A stretch of 64,000 nucleotides of DNA, the filler included, from Vicugna vicugna (lineage: Eukaryota): the NCBI GenBank assembly GCA_013265495.1. It is 75 parts of 73 records of this genome, joined end to end, with 100 filler letters (N's around TTAATTAATTAA, not from the genome) between each part and the next. Parts side by side here need not be neighbours in the genome. Positions count along the whole stretch, not along the records: positions 1 to 707 come from MU063101.1; positions 808 to 1,995 come from MU063103.1; positions 2,096 to 2,877 come from MU063104.1; positions 2,978 to 3,476 come from PNXW01027638.1; positions 3,577 to 4,513 come from MU063106.1; positions 4,614 to 5,462 come from PNXW01027645.1; positions 5,563 to 6,698 come from MU063108.1; positions 6,799 to 7,336 come from PNXW01027653.1; 67 more parts are not named here. One strand, 5' to 3'. This document shows positions 1-12,156 of the stretch, one piece after another. The first letter of the stretch is position 1. Each line of letters opens with the position of its first letter. The position numbers were made by a program, and so were the translations under genes. A model generated the notes under the pieces. That model was not told where the DNA came from. It saw nothing but the letters and a program-made list of their open reading frames with translations, and did no database searches.

Positions 1-707
1 AAGTGGGTTTTGCCCAATGTAACTGTTCTGTGAACTCATTTACAGAAAAGCAAAATGATCAAGATGGTGTGAAAGGAGCAGAGCCAATCGTCCCCAGGTA
101 ATTTTGAATATTTTTACCCTGTTGATAAAATGTGACCTCCGCAGTTCCCTAATCCAGGACACAGCAGGAAGTGCTGAATACAAATGTATGGTCCACTTTG
201 CCAACCAGAAATTATCTTTTTGTAATCTTTTCTGCTTCCATTGTGCTACTTACATGGTTTCCATCTTTCCCATTTCTCATTATCTTCTCAAGTTTTTTTT
301 CTTTTTGATACTCTGATTTTCATGCACTCATTTTTTCTCTCCTGTGTGATTGACAGAGTGAGATGCAAATCTGCTTTCTGCCTGTTTTGTGTTCGCATGT
401 TGGCATGTGTTTGATAGCAAGAGTGTAAATAGACAGTAATAGAATTATGTTATGCCACAATAATCTTACAAAGAGGCCTTGGTAGCATGAGATTTCTGGG
501 ACACTAGGGTGCCCCCAAAGCTATATGCACTTTCTCTCTCCATGTAGCACTGAGTGCAATCGAAATGAAAGGGTGAAAGGCAATGTTACGTGGCCCTATG
601 TTATGGGTCATGATTCTACGGTATAGAGAGAATCAGTCTCTTTCTTCATCAGCTTGTTATTTGGCCAGGGTCCTGAGCACCCACTGTCAATTCTGTCTCC
701 TGCTCCT

Positions 708-807
708 NNNNNNNNNNNNNNNNNNNNNNNNNNNNNNNNNNNNNNNNNNNNTTAATTAATTAANNNNNNNNNNNNNNNNNNNNNNNNNNNNNNNNNNNNN
801 NNNNNNN
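708..807. other. Artificial scaffold-concatenation spacer (first of ~74 copies)
   Basis: Exactly 44 N + TTAATTAATTAA (752-763) + 44 N = 100 bp. The palindromic 12-mer places TAA in all six frames and recurs between unrelated fragments throughout the window. Confidence 0.98.
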
Positions 808-1995
808 TCTATATTTTAAATTCTGTGTTCTGCATTCCATGTTCTTTATTCTAGGTTCTATATTCTGTTTTCCAAATTCTAAATTCTGTGTTCTATATTC
901 TATATTCTGTATTCAATATTATGCACTCCGTCTTCTACATTCCATATTCTGTGTTCTACATTGTCTATTCTAAATTCTATATTCAGTATTCTGTATACTC
1001 TATTCTAAATGCTGTGTTCTGCATTCCATGCTGTCAATTCTGACTTTTGTATTTTGTTTTCCTTATTCTATATTCTGTGTTCTACATTCCATATTCTGTA
1101 TTCTATATTCTGCATTACGTTTTTATATTCTATATTCTGTGTTCAACATTCTATATTCTAAATTCTATATTCAGTATTCAGTATTCTATATTCTAAATTC
1201 TGTGATGCATTCAATGTTCTAAATTTGGTGTTCCATATACTGTATTCAATATTCTATATTCTGTTTTCTACTTTCTATATTCTGTTCTATATTCTGCATT
1301 CTGTATTCTATATTCTATATTCTCGGTTCTACATTGTATATTCTAAATCCTATATTCAGTATTATGTATTCTATATTCTAAATTCTGGGTTCTGCATTCT
1401 ATGTTCTATATTCTATATTCAGTATTCTGTATTCTATATTCTAANNNNNNNNNNNNNNNNNNNNNNNNNNNNNNNNNNNNNNNNNNNNNNNNNNNNNNNN
1501 NNNNNNNNNNNNNNNNNNNNNNNNNNNNNNNNNNNNNNNNNNNNNNNNNNNNNNNNNNNNNNNNNNNNNNNNNNNNNNNNNNNNNNNNNNNNNNNNNNNN
1601 NNNNNNNNNNNNNNNNNNNNNNNNNNNNNNNNNNNNNNNNNNNNNNNNNNNNNNNNNNNNNNNNNNNNNNNNNNNNNNNNNNNNNNNNNNNNNNNNNNNN
1701 NNNNNNNNNNNNNNNNNNNNNNNNNNNNNNNNNNNNNNNNNNNNNNNNNNNNNNNNNNNNNNNNNNNNNNNNNNNNNNNNNNNNNNNNNNNNNNNNNNNN
1801 NNNNNNNNNNNNNNNNNNNNNNNNNNNNNNNNNNNNNNNNNNNNNNNNNNNNNNNNNNNNNNNNNNNNNNNNNNNNNNNNNNNNNNNNNNNNNNNNNNNN
1901 NNNNNNNNNNNNCTGTGTTTTGTATATTCATATTCTAAGTTCAGAATTCGGTATTCTATATTTTAAATTCTGTTTACAGCATTCCATGTTCTAAA
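808..1995 (-). repeat. Satellite H, degenerate heptamer (TATATTC)n
   Basis: TTC every 7 bp (TTCTATA, TTCTAAA, TTCTGTG, TTCCATG); internal N gap. Confidence 0.95.
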
Positions 1996-2977
1996 NNNNN
2001 NNNNNNNNNNNNNNNNNNNNNNNNNNNNNNNNNNNNNNNTTAATTAATTAANNNNNNNNNNNNNNNNNNNNNNNNNNNNNNNNNNNNNNNNNNNNTGTGC
2101 TCACCTTCAACCTAATACCCTGAGCTACTCTGCAACTGTACCCACACATAACCACGTACATATACACACACACCTTAAAGTACATATATATAATACAAAA
2201 TACATTAATTATATTATGTGTGAGTGTGTGTACACAAGTTATTTTCATGGAAAATAGCAGAAAGCAAAAAAATTAAAATCACCCTTAATTTATCATATGT
2301 ATGTGCACATATGCACAGATATACTTTGTTGTTTTATTTTATAAAACTTGGAGCTCAGGGTATGTTCTATTCTGAATAATCTTTTTTTCCCCCTTATTGT
2401 GTGATAAACATCTATTCTTTCCAACAATAAATTGAGAGCAAAGTCATCTGGCGTAACATGGATATCTCATAACTTCTTCCACCAGCATCCCTTACTGGAA
2501 AGTGCGTCTGTGCATATCTATCCAATTACAGCCCCATATAAGTTCTGATAATGCTGATATGCATTGCCCAATGGCTCTTCAGAAAATTTGTGCCAATGGA
2601 CGTGCCTACATTTCTCAGCTTTGGATAGGGATTTTTTTCCCTTCATTTTAAAAATCTTTCCAATTTGAGCCACAAAAGAGTATCTCGTTTTAATTTGTAT
2701 TTTTTGACTTCTCGTGAGGTCAAACAATGGCAGGTTTATTGTATTTTTTAGCCTAGGTTCTTGTAGTGCATATTTTTTCCCCTTTTTTCTGTTTGTTTTT
2801 GACTATACAGTGCTCTTGAATGCAAAAGGGGTTTAACTTTTTATACAGCCAACTCTGAGACACTTTCCCTTCCCTTGNNNNNNNNNNNNNNNNNNNNNNN
2901 NNNNNNNNNNNNNNNNNNNNNTTAATTAATTAANNNNNNNNNNNNNNNNNNNNNNNNNNNNNNNNNNNNNNNNNNNN

Positions 2978-3476
2978 ACTTCCCCGAACAGGGAACACCT
3001 GTGACTGTAGAGAGCTGCGTGTTGTTGTCTCTCTAGCTCCCCCACGCACTGACAATGGTTCCGGGAATCCTGAGCGTGGGGAGGTTCCACCAACCGTCGG
3101 CAGCGCGTGGGTTCTAACGGAATGCCTAAGCTCGTCTCCCCTGAGGGTTTTCCTAATGTCCCTGTGCCAGGGAATGCTAGGGGTGATTGCAAGGTATCCC
3201 AATGTCAGAGGCTGCATCCCCAAAATCAGGGAAGTTATTTCTCGGACTTACCCGAACAGGGAACACCTGTGACTGAAGAGAGCTGCGTGGAGTTGTCTCT
3301 CGAGCTCCCCCACGCACTGACAATGTTTCCGGATTCCTGACGGTGGGGAGGTTCCACCAACGGTCGGCAGCGCGTGGGTTCTAACGGAATGCCTAAGCTC
3401 GTCTCCCCTAAGTGTTTTCCTAATGTCTCTGTGCCAGGGAATGCTAAGGGTGATTGCAGGATATCCCAGTGTCAGA
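2978..3476 (-). repeat. Satellite A, 267-bp GC-rich monomers
   Basis: About 1.9 tandem copies of CCGAACAGGGAACACCTGTGACTGAAGAGAGCTGCGTGGAGTTGTCTCTCGAGCTCCCCCACG... Confidence 0.95.
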
Positions 3477-3576
3477 NNNNNNNNNNNNNNNNNNNNNNNN
3501 NNNNNNNNNNNNNNNNNNNNTTAATTAATTAANNNNNNNNNNNNNNNNNNNNNNNNNNNNNNNNNNNNNNNNNNNN

Positions 3577-4513
3577 TTTTGAATATAAAATAACGAATAC
3601 TGAATATAGAATTTAGAAAATCGAATGTAGAACACAGAATATAGACTATAGAACAGAGAATATAGAACCCAGAATTTAGAAATTTGAATGCAGAACACAG
3701 AATTTAGAATATAGAATACAAAATACTGNNNNNNNNNNNNNNNNNNNNNNNNNNNNNNNNNNNNNNNNNNNNNNNNNNNNNNNNNNNNNNNNNNNNNNNN
3801 NNNNNNNNNNNNNNNNNNNNNNNNNNNNNNNNNNNNNNNNNNNNNNNNNNNNNNNNNNNNNNNNNNNNNNNNNNNNNNNNNNNNNNNNNNNNNNNNNNNN
3901 NNNNNNNNNNNNNNNNNNNNNNNNNNNNNNNNNNNNNNNNNNNNNNNNNNNNNAGAACACAGAATTTAGAATATATAATACAGAATACTGAATATAGAAT
4001 TTAGAACATAGAATGCGGAACATAGAATTTACAATATAAAATACAGAATACTGAATATAGAATTTAGAACATGAAAAGCAGAACTCAGAATATAGAACAT
4101 AGAATACGGAATACTGAGTATAGTATTTAGAATATAGAATATAGAACACAGAATATAGAATACAGAATAGAGAATAGAGAACACAGAATTTAGAAAATGG
4201 AATGCAGAACACAGAATTTAGAATAGAGAATACAGAATACTAAATAGAGGATTAAGAAAATAGAACGTAGAACACAGAGTATAGAACGTAGAATACGGAA
4301 TACTGAATATAGAATTTAGAATATATAATGTAGTACCCAGAATATAAAATGTAGAATACGGAATGCAAAATATAGAATACAGAATATAGAAGGTAGAACA
4401 CAGAATGTAGAATATGGAAAACAGAATACAGAACCGAGAATTTAGTACATGGAAGGCAGAACACATGGTTTAGAATATAGAATACAGAAAATTGAATATA
4501 GAATTTAGAATAT
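3577..4513 (+). repeat. Satellite H, (GAATATA)n heptamer
   Basis: GAA every 7 bp throughout. Confidence 0.95.
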
Positions 4514-4787
4514 NNNNNNNNNNNNNNNNNNNNNNNNNNNNNNNNNNNNNNNNNNNNTTAATTAATTAANNNNNNNNNNNNNNNNNNNNNNNNNNNNNNN
4601 NNNNNNNNNNNNNCCCTAGAAGTGATCAGGGAAAGGTATAATGTTAAGGCCATTTCTCACTGGGGAGCTTCGCATGCAAAGGTGGGAGGCCAAACAGAGC
4701 CAGGTCCCTTCCAGGAACTGCAAATAGTCTAGAAGCGAGCACAGGGTGTGGGAGGCAGGTGAGGCAACCAGGTGGAGAGATCACAGG

Positions 4788-4977
4788 TGCACATCACACA
4801 GGACTCTGTGTGCCTCCAAGGTAGAGGAGACATGCAAAGCGATCTAGAAAGAGACAAGATAGAGGCAGTGAGACATATTGGATGCACAACACACAGGACT
4901 CTGTGTGCCTCCAAGGTAGAGGAGACATTCAAAGTGATCTAGGAAGAGACAAGATAGAGGTAGGGAGACATATTGGC
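4788..4977. repeat. 95-bp tandem duplication (2 copies)
   Basis: GGACTCTGTGTGCCTCCAAGGTAGAGGAGACAT starts at 4801 and 4896; the copies differ by a few substitutions. Confidence 0.9.
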
Positions 4978-4999
4978 AGGTTCTTGTGAAGGCCTGCTG

Positions 5000-5300
5000 A
5001 GGCCCCACCAGGAGGAGAGAGAAAACATTTCAGCAGGTGGATAGATTGGCCACAGGTGTGATGGAAGGGCAGGAAGAGGTGAAAGATGCCAGCCAGCTTT
5101 CTGGCTTTGGCAATGTCCTAAATTATAGTGCCATTCCCTGAAATAAAAAAGGCAGGAAGAGGGGCAAGTCATGAGAGGAGACAACTGATTCAGTACTGGC
5201 TGGGTGCCTGTGGGCTCCAGGAGAGATGTCCAGTAGGCAAATAAAAGTCTAGAAATCGTGAGGAAGTTCTAGGCGGAGCAAAGTAGTTTTCCTGTTTCAA
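5000..5300. mobile_element. Probable ancient L2 LINE fragment
   Basis: GGAGAGATGTCCAGTAGGCA and neighbouring purine-rich motifs resemble L2 from memory; boundaries approximate. Confidence 0.4.
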
Positions 5301-5567
5301 GAGGCTAATGGGTGTGAGTGGACAAGCTCACGAGAAGAGGTGTAGAGGGGTAGCTCTCACCCTCCTGCACATGGGAAGCATCTGGGAGCCTTTAAAATAT
5401 AACGTTCCCCAGCCTGAAGTGGGGTCTTTGTACTCTTTATTGTTTTTTAAATACTTCTTTCCNNNNNNNNNNNNNNNNNNNNNNNNNNNNNNNNNNNNNN
5501 NNNNNNTTAATTAATTAANNNNNNNNNNNNNNNNNNNNNNNNNNNNNNNNNNNNNNNNNNNNGGCAG

Positions 5568-5766
5568 AAACCTATGGAGTGCCAACGTGGACTTGAGGAA
5601 GTTCCTCGATTCTCTGCTCGAAGAACGGGTCCAAGATCCCTGACGTCTAAAAGAGAAGAGATGGCCGAGATGATCAAAACGCTCATGTTCTTGGAAGAGG
5701 TCGTGAGAATCCACACGTCCCAAGGGGCATTTCCAAGCCCTTCAGACCAAAATGCAAAAAGCCCAG
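5568..5766 (+). other. Candidate orphan coding exon (unidentified)
   Basis: CAG at 5565-5567, 66 open codons, then a strong donor CAG|GTAAGC at 5766/5767; CpG-retaining. The upstream polypyrimidine tract would lie in the gap. Confidence 0.3.
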
Positions 5767-7310
5767 GTAAGCCAAGCCNNNNNNNNNNNNNNNNNNNNNN
5801 NNNNNNNNNNNNNNNNNNNNNNNNNNNNNNNNNNNNNNNNNNNNNNNNNNNNNNNNNNNNNNNNNNNNNNNNNNNNNNNNNNNNNNNNNNNNNNNNNNNN
5901 NNNNNNNNNNNNNNNNNNNNNNNNNNNNNNNNNNNNNNNNNNNNNNNNNNNNNNNNNNNNNNNNNNNNNNNNNNNNNNNNNNNNNNNNNNNNNNNNNNNN
6001 NNNNNNNNNNNNNNNNNNNNNNNNNNNNNNNNNNNNNNNNNNNNNNNNNNNNNNNNNNNNNNNNNNNNNNNNNNNNNNNNNNNNNNNNNNNNNNNNNNNN
6101 NNNNNNNNNNNNNNNNNNNNNNNNNNNNNNNNNNNNNNNNNNNNNNNNNNNNNNNNNNNNNNNNNNNNNNNNNNNNNNNNNNNNNNNNNNNNNNNNNNNN
6201 NNNNNNNNNNNNNNNNNNNNNNNNNNNNNNNNNNNNNNNNNNNNNNNNNNNNNNNNNNNNNNNNNNNNNNNNNNNNNNNNNNNNNNNNNNNNNNNNNNNN
6301 NNNNNNNNNNNNNNNNNNNNNNNNNNNNNNNNNNNNNNNNNNNNNNNNNNNNNNNNNNNNNNNNNNNNNNNNNNNNNNNNNNNNNNNNNNNNNNNNNNNN
6401 NNNNNNNNNNNNNNNNNNNNNNNNNNNNNNNNNNNNNNNNNNNNNNNNNNNNNNNNNNNNNNNNNNNNNNNNNNNNNNNNNNNNNNNNNNNNNNNNNNNN
6501 NNNNNNNNNNNNNNNNNNNNNNNNNNNNNNNNNNNNNNNNNNNNNNNNNNNNNNNNNNNNNNNNNNNNNNNNNNNNNNNNNNNNNNNNNNNNNNNNNNGA
6601 AAGAGTTGACATGACCCCTTTAACAGTTTGAACCGCTAGTTTGCATTCTATCGGTCTAGGTTTTCCTTAGTGCTGACAAAATGTTACCCAAATTGACANN
6701 NNNNNNNNNNNNNNNNNNNNNNNNNNNNNNNNNNNNNNNNNNTTAATTAATTAANNNNNNNNNNNNNNNNNNNNNNNNNNNNNNNNNNNNNNNNNNNNAA
6801 CCTGCCACGGTCCCTGTTGGCCTGGTAGACTCACTCTCCGATTATGTCCGTCTACCTGTTTATGCCTGTTTGTCTTTTCCTTTTTCTCAGTCCCTGTCTC
6901 TGTCCCTGTGTCCACTTCTCTCTCTTGTTTCTCTCACTTGCTCCCTCTGAGTTTTTCTGCCTCCCTTTTGGCCATGCTCAGTGCCCGGGGAATGTTCCTC
7001 TGTTCTCCCTTCTAGCCCCATGGACAGCACCCTTTCCTAACACACCACGCATAGGTGAGTGCTCTTGTCCAAATGTCACTGAACGCGGGCGACCTCCTGA
7101 AAACCCCATGCTGCCTGGAAATGACTCCTTGCCAGGGATCTCTTAGGAGCACAAGGCCCTGCCACTTCCATGTCTGGAGGCTCTTAGGTACCCGATCCCC
7201 ACCTTTGAAATCTGTGTCACTGTCTTCAACTGTGAAGCCACATGTTGCCTTCCTCGTTCCCCAAGAAACAAGTGATTTCTTTCCCCAAGATACAAGTGCA
7301 GAGTTAGGTG

Positions 7311-7336
7311 TGGATGGAGTGGAGTGGAGTGGAGTG
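7311..7336 (+). repeat. (GGAGT)n microsatellite truncated by contig end
   Basis: TGGATGGAGTGGAGTGGAGTGGAGTG. Confidence 0.8.
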
Positions 7337-7436
7337 NNNNNNNNNNNNNNNNNNNNNNNNNNNNNNNNNNNNNNNNNNNNTTAATTAATTAANNNNNNNN
7401 NNNNNNNNNNNNNNNNNNNNNNNNNNNNNNNNNNNN

Positions 7437-8238
7437 AATTCTTTTAAGATTTGCCAGTCTGTGGAATTCACTAGATCTGCAGTTAATAGAAATTGCGGTC
7501 ATGTGGCATAGCCTCCCCTAGGTGGCAGCATTTGGCCATTCAGGATATGGTCTGTGTCCTGGCACTCCTCCCTGACCTGCAATATTGCTGCGAGATATCA
7601 GCTGAAACCTATCTGGAGGTTATCTTGTGACAATGTTGAATCCTCCAGGAGCATTTAAAATCACTGGGATATTCGTGAACTTTGTTGATTTCAATCATAC
7701 AGCTGCTGGTATGTCTTTTGGGATTCCACCTCCTTCGGATGCTGTGTAATTCCTGAATTCGCATACATGATTCTTTCTTGGCTTTCAGCAAGTTTCAGTC
7801 TGATTTTTCTACAGATAAATTTTCAGACATTTTTTGTTTCCTTATCTCTTGCTTTTCCATCTGGGACCCTTATGAATTCTATTCTTTCATCCCCTGTCTT
7901 AACCCAGGGTTCAACAGCAATGTTTACATTGGTTTGCACTTGCTTTCCTATGTCTGCTTCTGACCGAGGTTTTTCTGATCCCATGTCTTCACAGTCATTC
8001 ACGCGTCCCTCTGCATTATCTAGTCTGCTTACGTCTAAATTTTAGCCCTGAACTGATATTATCCATTGAGTTTCCTATTATTTTTTGGCTCATCTTTAGA
8101 CTTTCTCTTCCCCTTTTCCGGTATTCTGCCTTTTGTGATTCTGAGACACTGTTGTTTTGCAGTGTTTTCCTGACCTCCATTTTCAACAATTTGTCTGGAT
8201 AGCGTTATGCAGTCTAGTTGTTTGAAAGCTTATCTTTT
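7437..8238 (-). mobile_element. Strongly diverged LINE-1 ORF1 remnant
   Basis: Minus-strand translation gives SRLDNAEGRVNDCED...IEFIRVPDGKARDKETKNV* and KESCMRIQELHSIRRRWNPKRHT, colinear with L1 ORF1p motifs (SRLDEAEERISELED, IRIIGVPEGEEREKG, IQEAQRVPxRINPKR); contains stops and frameshifts. Confidence 0.8.
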
Positions 8239-8338
8239 NNNNNNNNNNNNNNNNNNNNNNNNNNNNNNNNNNNNNNNNNNNNTTAATTAATTAANNNNNN
8301 NNNNNNNNNNNNNNNNNNNNNNNNNNNNNNNNNNNNNN

Positions 8339-8838
8339 CCGAGAAATAATTTCCCTGACCTTGGGGAGGGAGCCTCTATCACTGGGATATTTTGAAAATC
8401 CCCCTAGCATTCCCTGGCACAGAGACTTTAGGAAAACCCTCAGGGGAGACGAGCTTAGACATTTCGCTTGAACCCACGCGCTGCCGATCGTTGGTGGAAC
8501 CTCCCCACGCTCAGGATTCCGGAAACATTGTCAGTGCGTGGGGGAGCTCGAGAGACAACTGCACACAATGGTGTTCCCTGTTCGGGGAAGTCCGAGAAAT
8601 AGCTTCCCTGAACTTGAGGAGGAAGCCTCTGTCACTGGGATATACTGCAAACCCCCCTAGCATTTCCTGGCACAGAGATATTAGGAAAAGCCTCTAGAGA
8701 GACGAGCATAGGCATTCCGTTAGAACGCACGCACTGCCGACCGTTGGTTTAACCTCACCACGCTCAGGATTCTGGAAACATTGTCAGAGTGTTGGCGAGC
8801 TCGAGAGACAATTCCACGCAGCTCTCTTCACTCACAGG
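8339..8838 (+). repeat. Satellite A
   Basis: Same monomer in the opposite orientation; ~14-bp deletion near 8565. Confidence 0.95.
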
Positions 8839-8938
8839 NNNNNNNNNNNNNNNNNNNNNNNNNNNNNNNNNNNNNNNNNNNNTTAATTAATTAANNNNNN
8901 NNNNNNNNNNNNNNNNNNNNNNNNNNNNNNNNNNNNNN

Positions 8939-9350
8939 CGGATTCGACAAATATACATTACTGAGTTGAGGTAATCTGGATTATTAATCTTACCTACTCT
9001 ATAAAAGCAATATTTTCAACTAGACACGTGTACACATTTTCTCAAGCTTTCCCTAACACCAGGTTCGAATTCGTGCATTTTTCACAGAAAAATTCTTCTT
9101 GAGCGATTTCCACCTTATAGTTATGTAATTTACATGAATTCCATCAACATGGCATTCCGGGTTCCGTACATGCTACATGCATGATGGATTCGGCGATCAT
9201 GCATTTCTATCTGACTTGTGAGCATGTGGATTACAGACCTTTCACCCTCCGAACAAGGCGTATATACACTTAGAAATGTTTACTCTGACTTCATAGGTTT
9301 CTCCCATCACCAGGTTCTAAAATCGGACACTTGGCACTAGAAAACACTCT
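8939..9350 (-). repeat. Satellite C (AT-rich, ~245-bp subunits)
   Basis: Colinear with 29405-29800 (CATGGCATTCCGGGTTCCGTACATGCTACAT). Confidence 0.9.
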
Positions 9351-9450
9351 NNNNNNNNNNNNNNNNNNNNNNNNNNNNNNNNNNNNNNNNNNNNTTAATT
9401 AATTAANNNNNNNNNNNNNNNNNNNNNNNNNNNNNNNNNNNNNNNNNNNN

Positions 9451-10144
9451 GAATGTAGAACACAGAATATAGAATATAGAATACAGAATGCAGATTATAG
9501 AATGTAGTATACAGAATGAAGAACACAAATTATATAATATATAAATGAGAATATAGGACCTAGAATTTAGTAATGAAATGCAGAACACAGAAATTAGAAT
9601 ATACAATACAGAATACTGAATATAGAATTTAGAATATAGAATGTAGTACACAGAATATAGATTATAGAATACGGAANNNNNNNNNNNNNNNNNNNNNNNN
9701 NNNNNNNNNNNNNNNNNNNNNNNNNNNNNNNNNNNNNNNNNNNNNNNNNNNNNNNNNNNNNNNNNNNNNNNNNNNNNNNNNNNNNNNNNNNNNNNNNNNN
9801 NNAGAAATTAGAGAATGCAGAACTCAGAAATTAGAATGCAGAATACAGAATGATGAACATAGAATATACAACATGGAATGCAGAACACTGAATTTAGAAT
9901 ACAGAATACAGAATACTGAATATAGTATTTAGAATATAGAATGTAGAACCCAGAATATAGAATATACAATTCAGAATTTAGAACATTAAATGCAGAACAC
10001 AGAATTTAGAAAATAGAATAAAGAATACTGAATATAGAATTTAGTTCATAGAATGCAGAACAGAGAATTTAGAATATAGAATATAGTATACTGAAAATAG
10101 GATATAGAACATGGAATGCAAAAAACAGAATTTACAATATAGGA
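9451..10144 (+). repeat. Satellite H
   Basis: GAANNNN heptamer periodicity. Confidence 0.95.
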
Positions 10145-10244
10145 NNNNNNNNNNNNNNNNNNNNNNNNNNNNNNNNNNNNNNNNNNNNTTAATTAATTAA
10201 NNNNNNNNNNNNNNNNNNNNNNNNNNNNNNNNNNNNNNNNNNNN

Positions 10245-10996
10245 TGCTGTCATTTGGAGGTGCCTACACACACTCAGTATACCAGAACTATTCTTCGTGG
10301 GTTTGCTGGAGGTGGGGAAAGAAAGACCACGCATTTATATGGTGGGCAGGTGTTTAAAGGTTAGGGCTGTAGTTTTAAAAACCTCCATGCCCATAGAGAG
10401 GCACTCGCTAAAACCTAGCTATAGAGACCCAACCCCACATTAGATCAAAGCCTGGCCTATGTAAACACTCAGGGAACACAAGCTAAGGGATTCTAATAGA
10501 ACCCAGGTGCTGCTGTCATTTGGAGTAGCCTCCCCATGCTCAGGATTCCAGAAAACTTCTTCGTGTNNNNNNNNNNNNNNNNNNNNNNNNNNNNNNNNNN
10601 NNNNNNNNNNNNNNNNNNNNNNNNNNNNNNNNNNNNNNNNNNNNNNNNNNNNNNNNNNNNNNNNNNNNNNNNNNNNNNNNNNNNNNNNNNNNNNNNNNNN
10701 NNNNNNNNNNNNNNNNNNNNNNNNNNNNNNNNNNNNNNNNNNNNNNNNNNNNNNNNNNNNNNNNCTCCAGCTTATGCAATCCATCAGGGAAGAGAAGCTT
10801 AAGGATTCTACTAGAACACTGGCCCTGCTCTCAGTTGGAGGAACTTTCCCACTCTCAGAATTCCGGAAGACAACTTTGTGTGGCGGGGAGATGTGGAGCC
10901 ACAATCCAAGTAGATGAATGGGTTCACACTTGTTTCCCATTAGGGAGTAGACCTCTAAATTCTTCCATATTCTATCGGGGGGCAGTTGCTGCTACT
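10245..10996 (+). repeat. Satellite B (diverged ~267-bp subunits)
   Basis: Recurring GGATTCTA.TAGAAC.C.GG..CTGCT.TCA.TTGGAG core shared with the other B fragments. Confidence 0.9.
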
Positions 10997-11096
10997 NNNN
11001 NNNNNNNNNNNNNNNNNNNNNNNNNNNNNNNNNNNNNNNNTTAATTAATTAANNNNNNNNNNNNNNNNNNNNNNNNNNNNNNNNNNNNNNNNNNNN

Positions 11097-11670
11097 TAGC
11101 AGATCTTGAGATTCAGTAAACACCCATTGTAATAGTAACTTTGTGAATAACATGCCCCAGGCTACATGGCAGTCCCAATGATAGCCACAAAAGGTCAAAG
11201 GGTGGAAAATGGCCAACTCCCTGGGAATCCTAGCCCCTTGCCCTAAGGCTGGTCCTTCTACTTATTAGCATATGAAACCACCAAGCCCAAGAAAACAAGC
11301 AACACAGCGCCACCTCGCGGTCACCACTCTCTCTCCCTCTTTGGAGAAGGCCCACACTCTGTCTGTGGAGTGTGTACCTACTTCTAATCTGTGCATCAAA
11401 TCCCCACACCTCGTGACGTTTCTCTTCCATTTCAATGTATCTCTCTGAATATATATACCTTTACTCAACACTGGCTTGCTCTTGAATTCTTTACTGCATG
11501 AAGTCAAAGAACAAAATCTGGTGGGGCACATCCCAGGGTCTAAACGAAAGCGTGGGGCACAGCCCTTCTCATGCCCAACGTTTTTTATTCTTGTATCAAC
11601 AGGACTGGGCTGTGAAGCGAGGTCTGAGTCCCCAGTTAAGGGACAGAACCATCCTCCAGGGCTCCAATTT
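11097..11670 (+). mobile_element. Probable ERV1-class LTR
   Basis: Motifs ATTAGCATATGAAACCACCAAGCCCA and CTTGAATTCTTTACTGCATGAAGTCAAAGAAC...CATCCCAGGG...ACCATCCTC resemble artiodactyl ERV1 LTRs from memory. No gag/pol seen; boundaries approximate. Confidence 0.55.
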
Positions 11671-12156
11671 GCGGGCAGCCTCTCGCCAGCTTGGGCCTTG
11701 GGGTCTGCCAGGATCTCTGTGTTTCTCTGTTGTGCTGACTCCCCAGCCAGACAGCGTAATCCTAGGCCTGTCCCCACAAAACCCTTCTCTCCAAAATACA
11801 AGCACATCATGTCACAATCCTCTTGTTCAACCAGGAAATGTTCAGCCCACTTTTTTCACCCAATAAAGTACCCAACTGTCCTCCCTCCCATCACATCACT
11901 TCTTTATTTGTGAGAACTCTGCACTCGCCACACCCCATCCTGAACACAGGTGTCTTGTTGGCTGTGACCGAGATGTTTCTTTCTCAAACAGCCTGCGTCC
12001 TTTCACTTTTCCCTTGTTACCTTGAAAAAGCCTTTCCTGGGTCACCCACCCCTCTGNNNNNNNNNNNNNNNNNNNNNNNNNNNNNNNNNNNNNNNNNNNN
12101 TTAATTAATTAANNNNNNNNNNNNNNNNNNNNNNNNNNNNNNNNNNNNNNNNNNNN

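Noticed and set aside
11476..11913. Overlapping 120-180 aa ORFs in the LTR-like fragment
   Set aside because: No gag, pol or env motifs; most likely chance ORFs in LTR or leader DNA.
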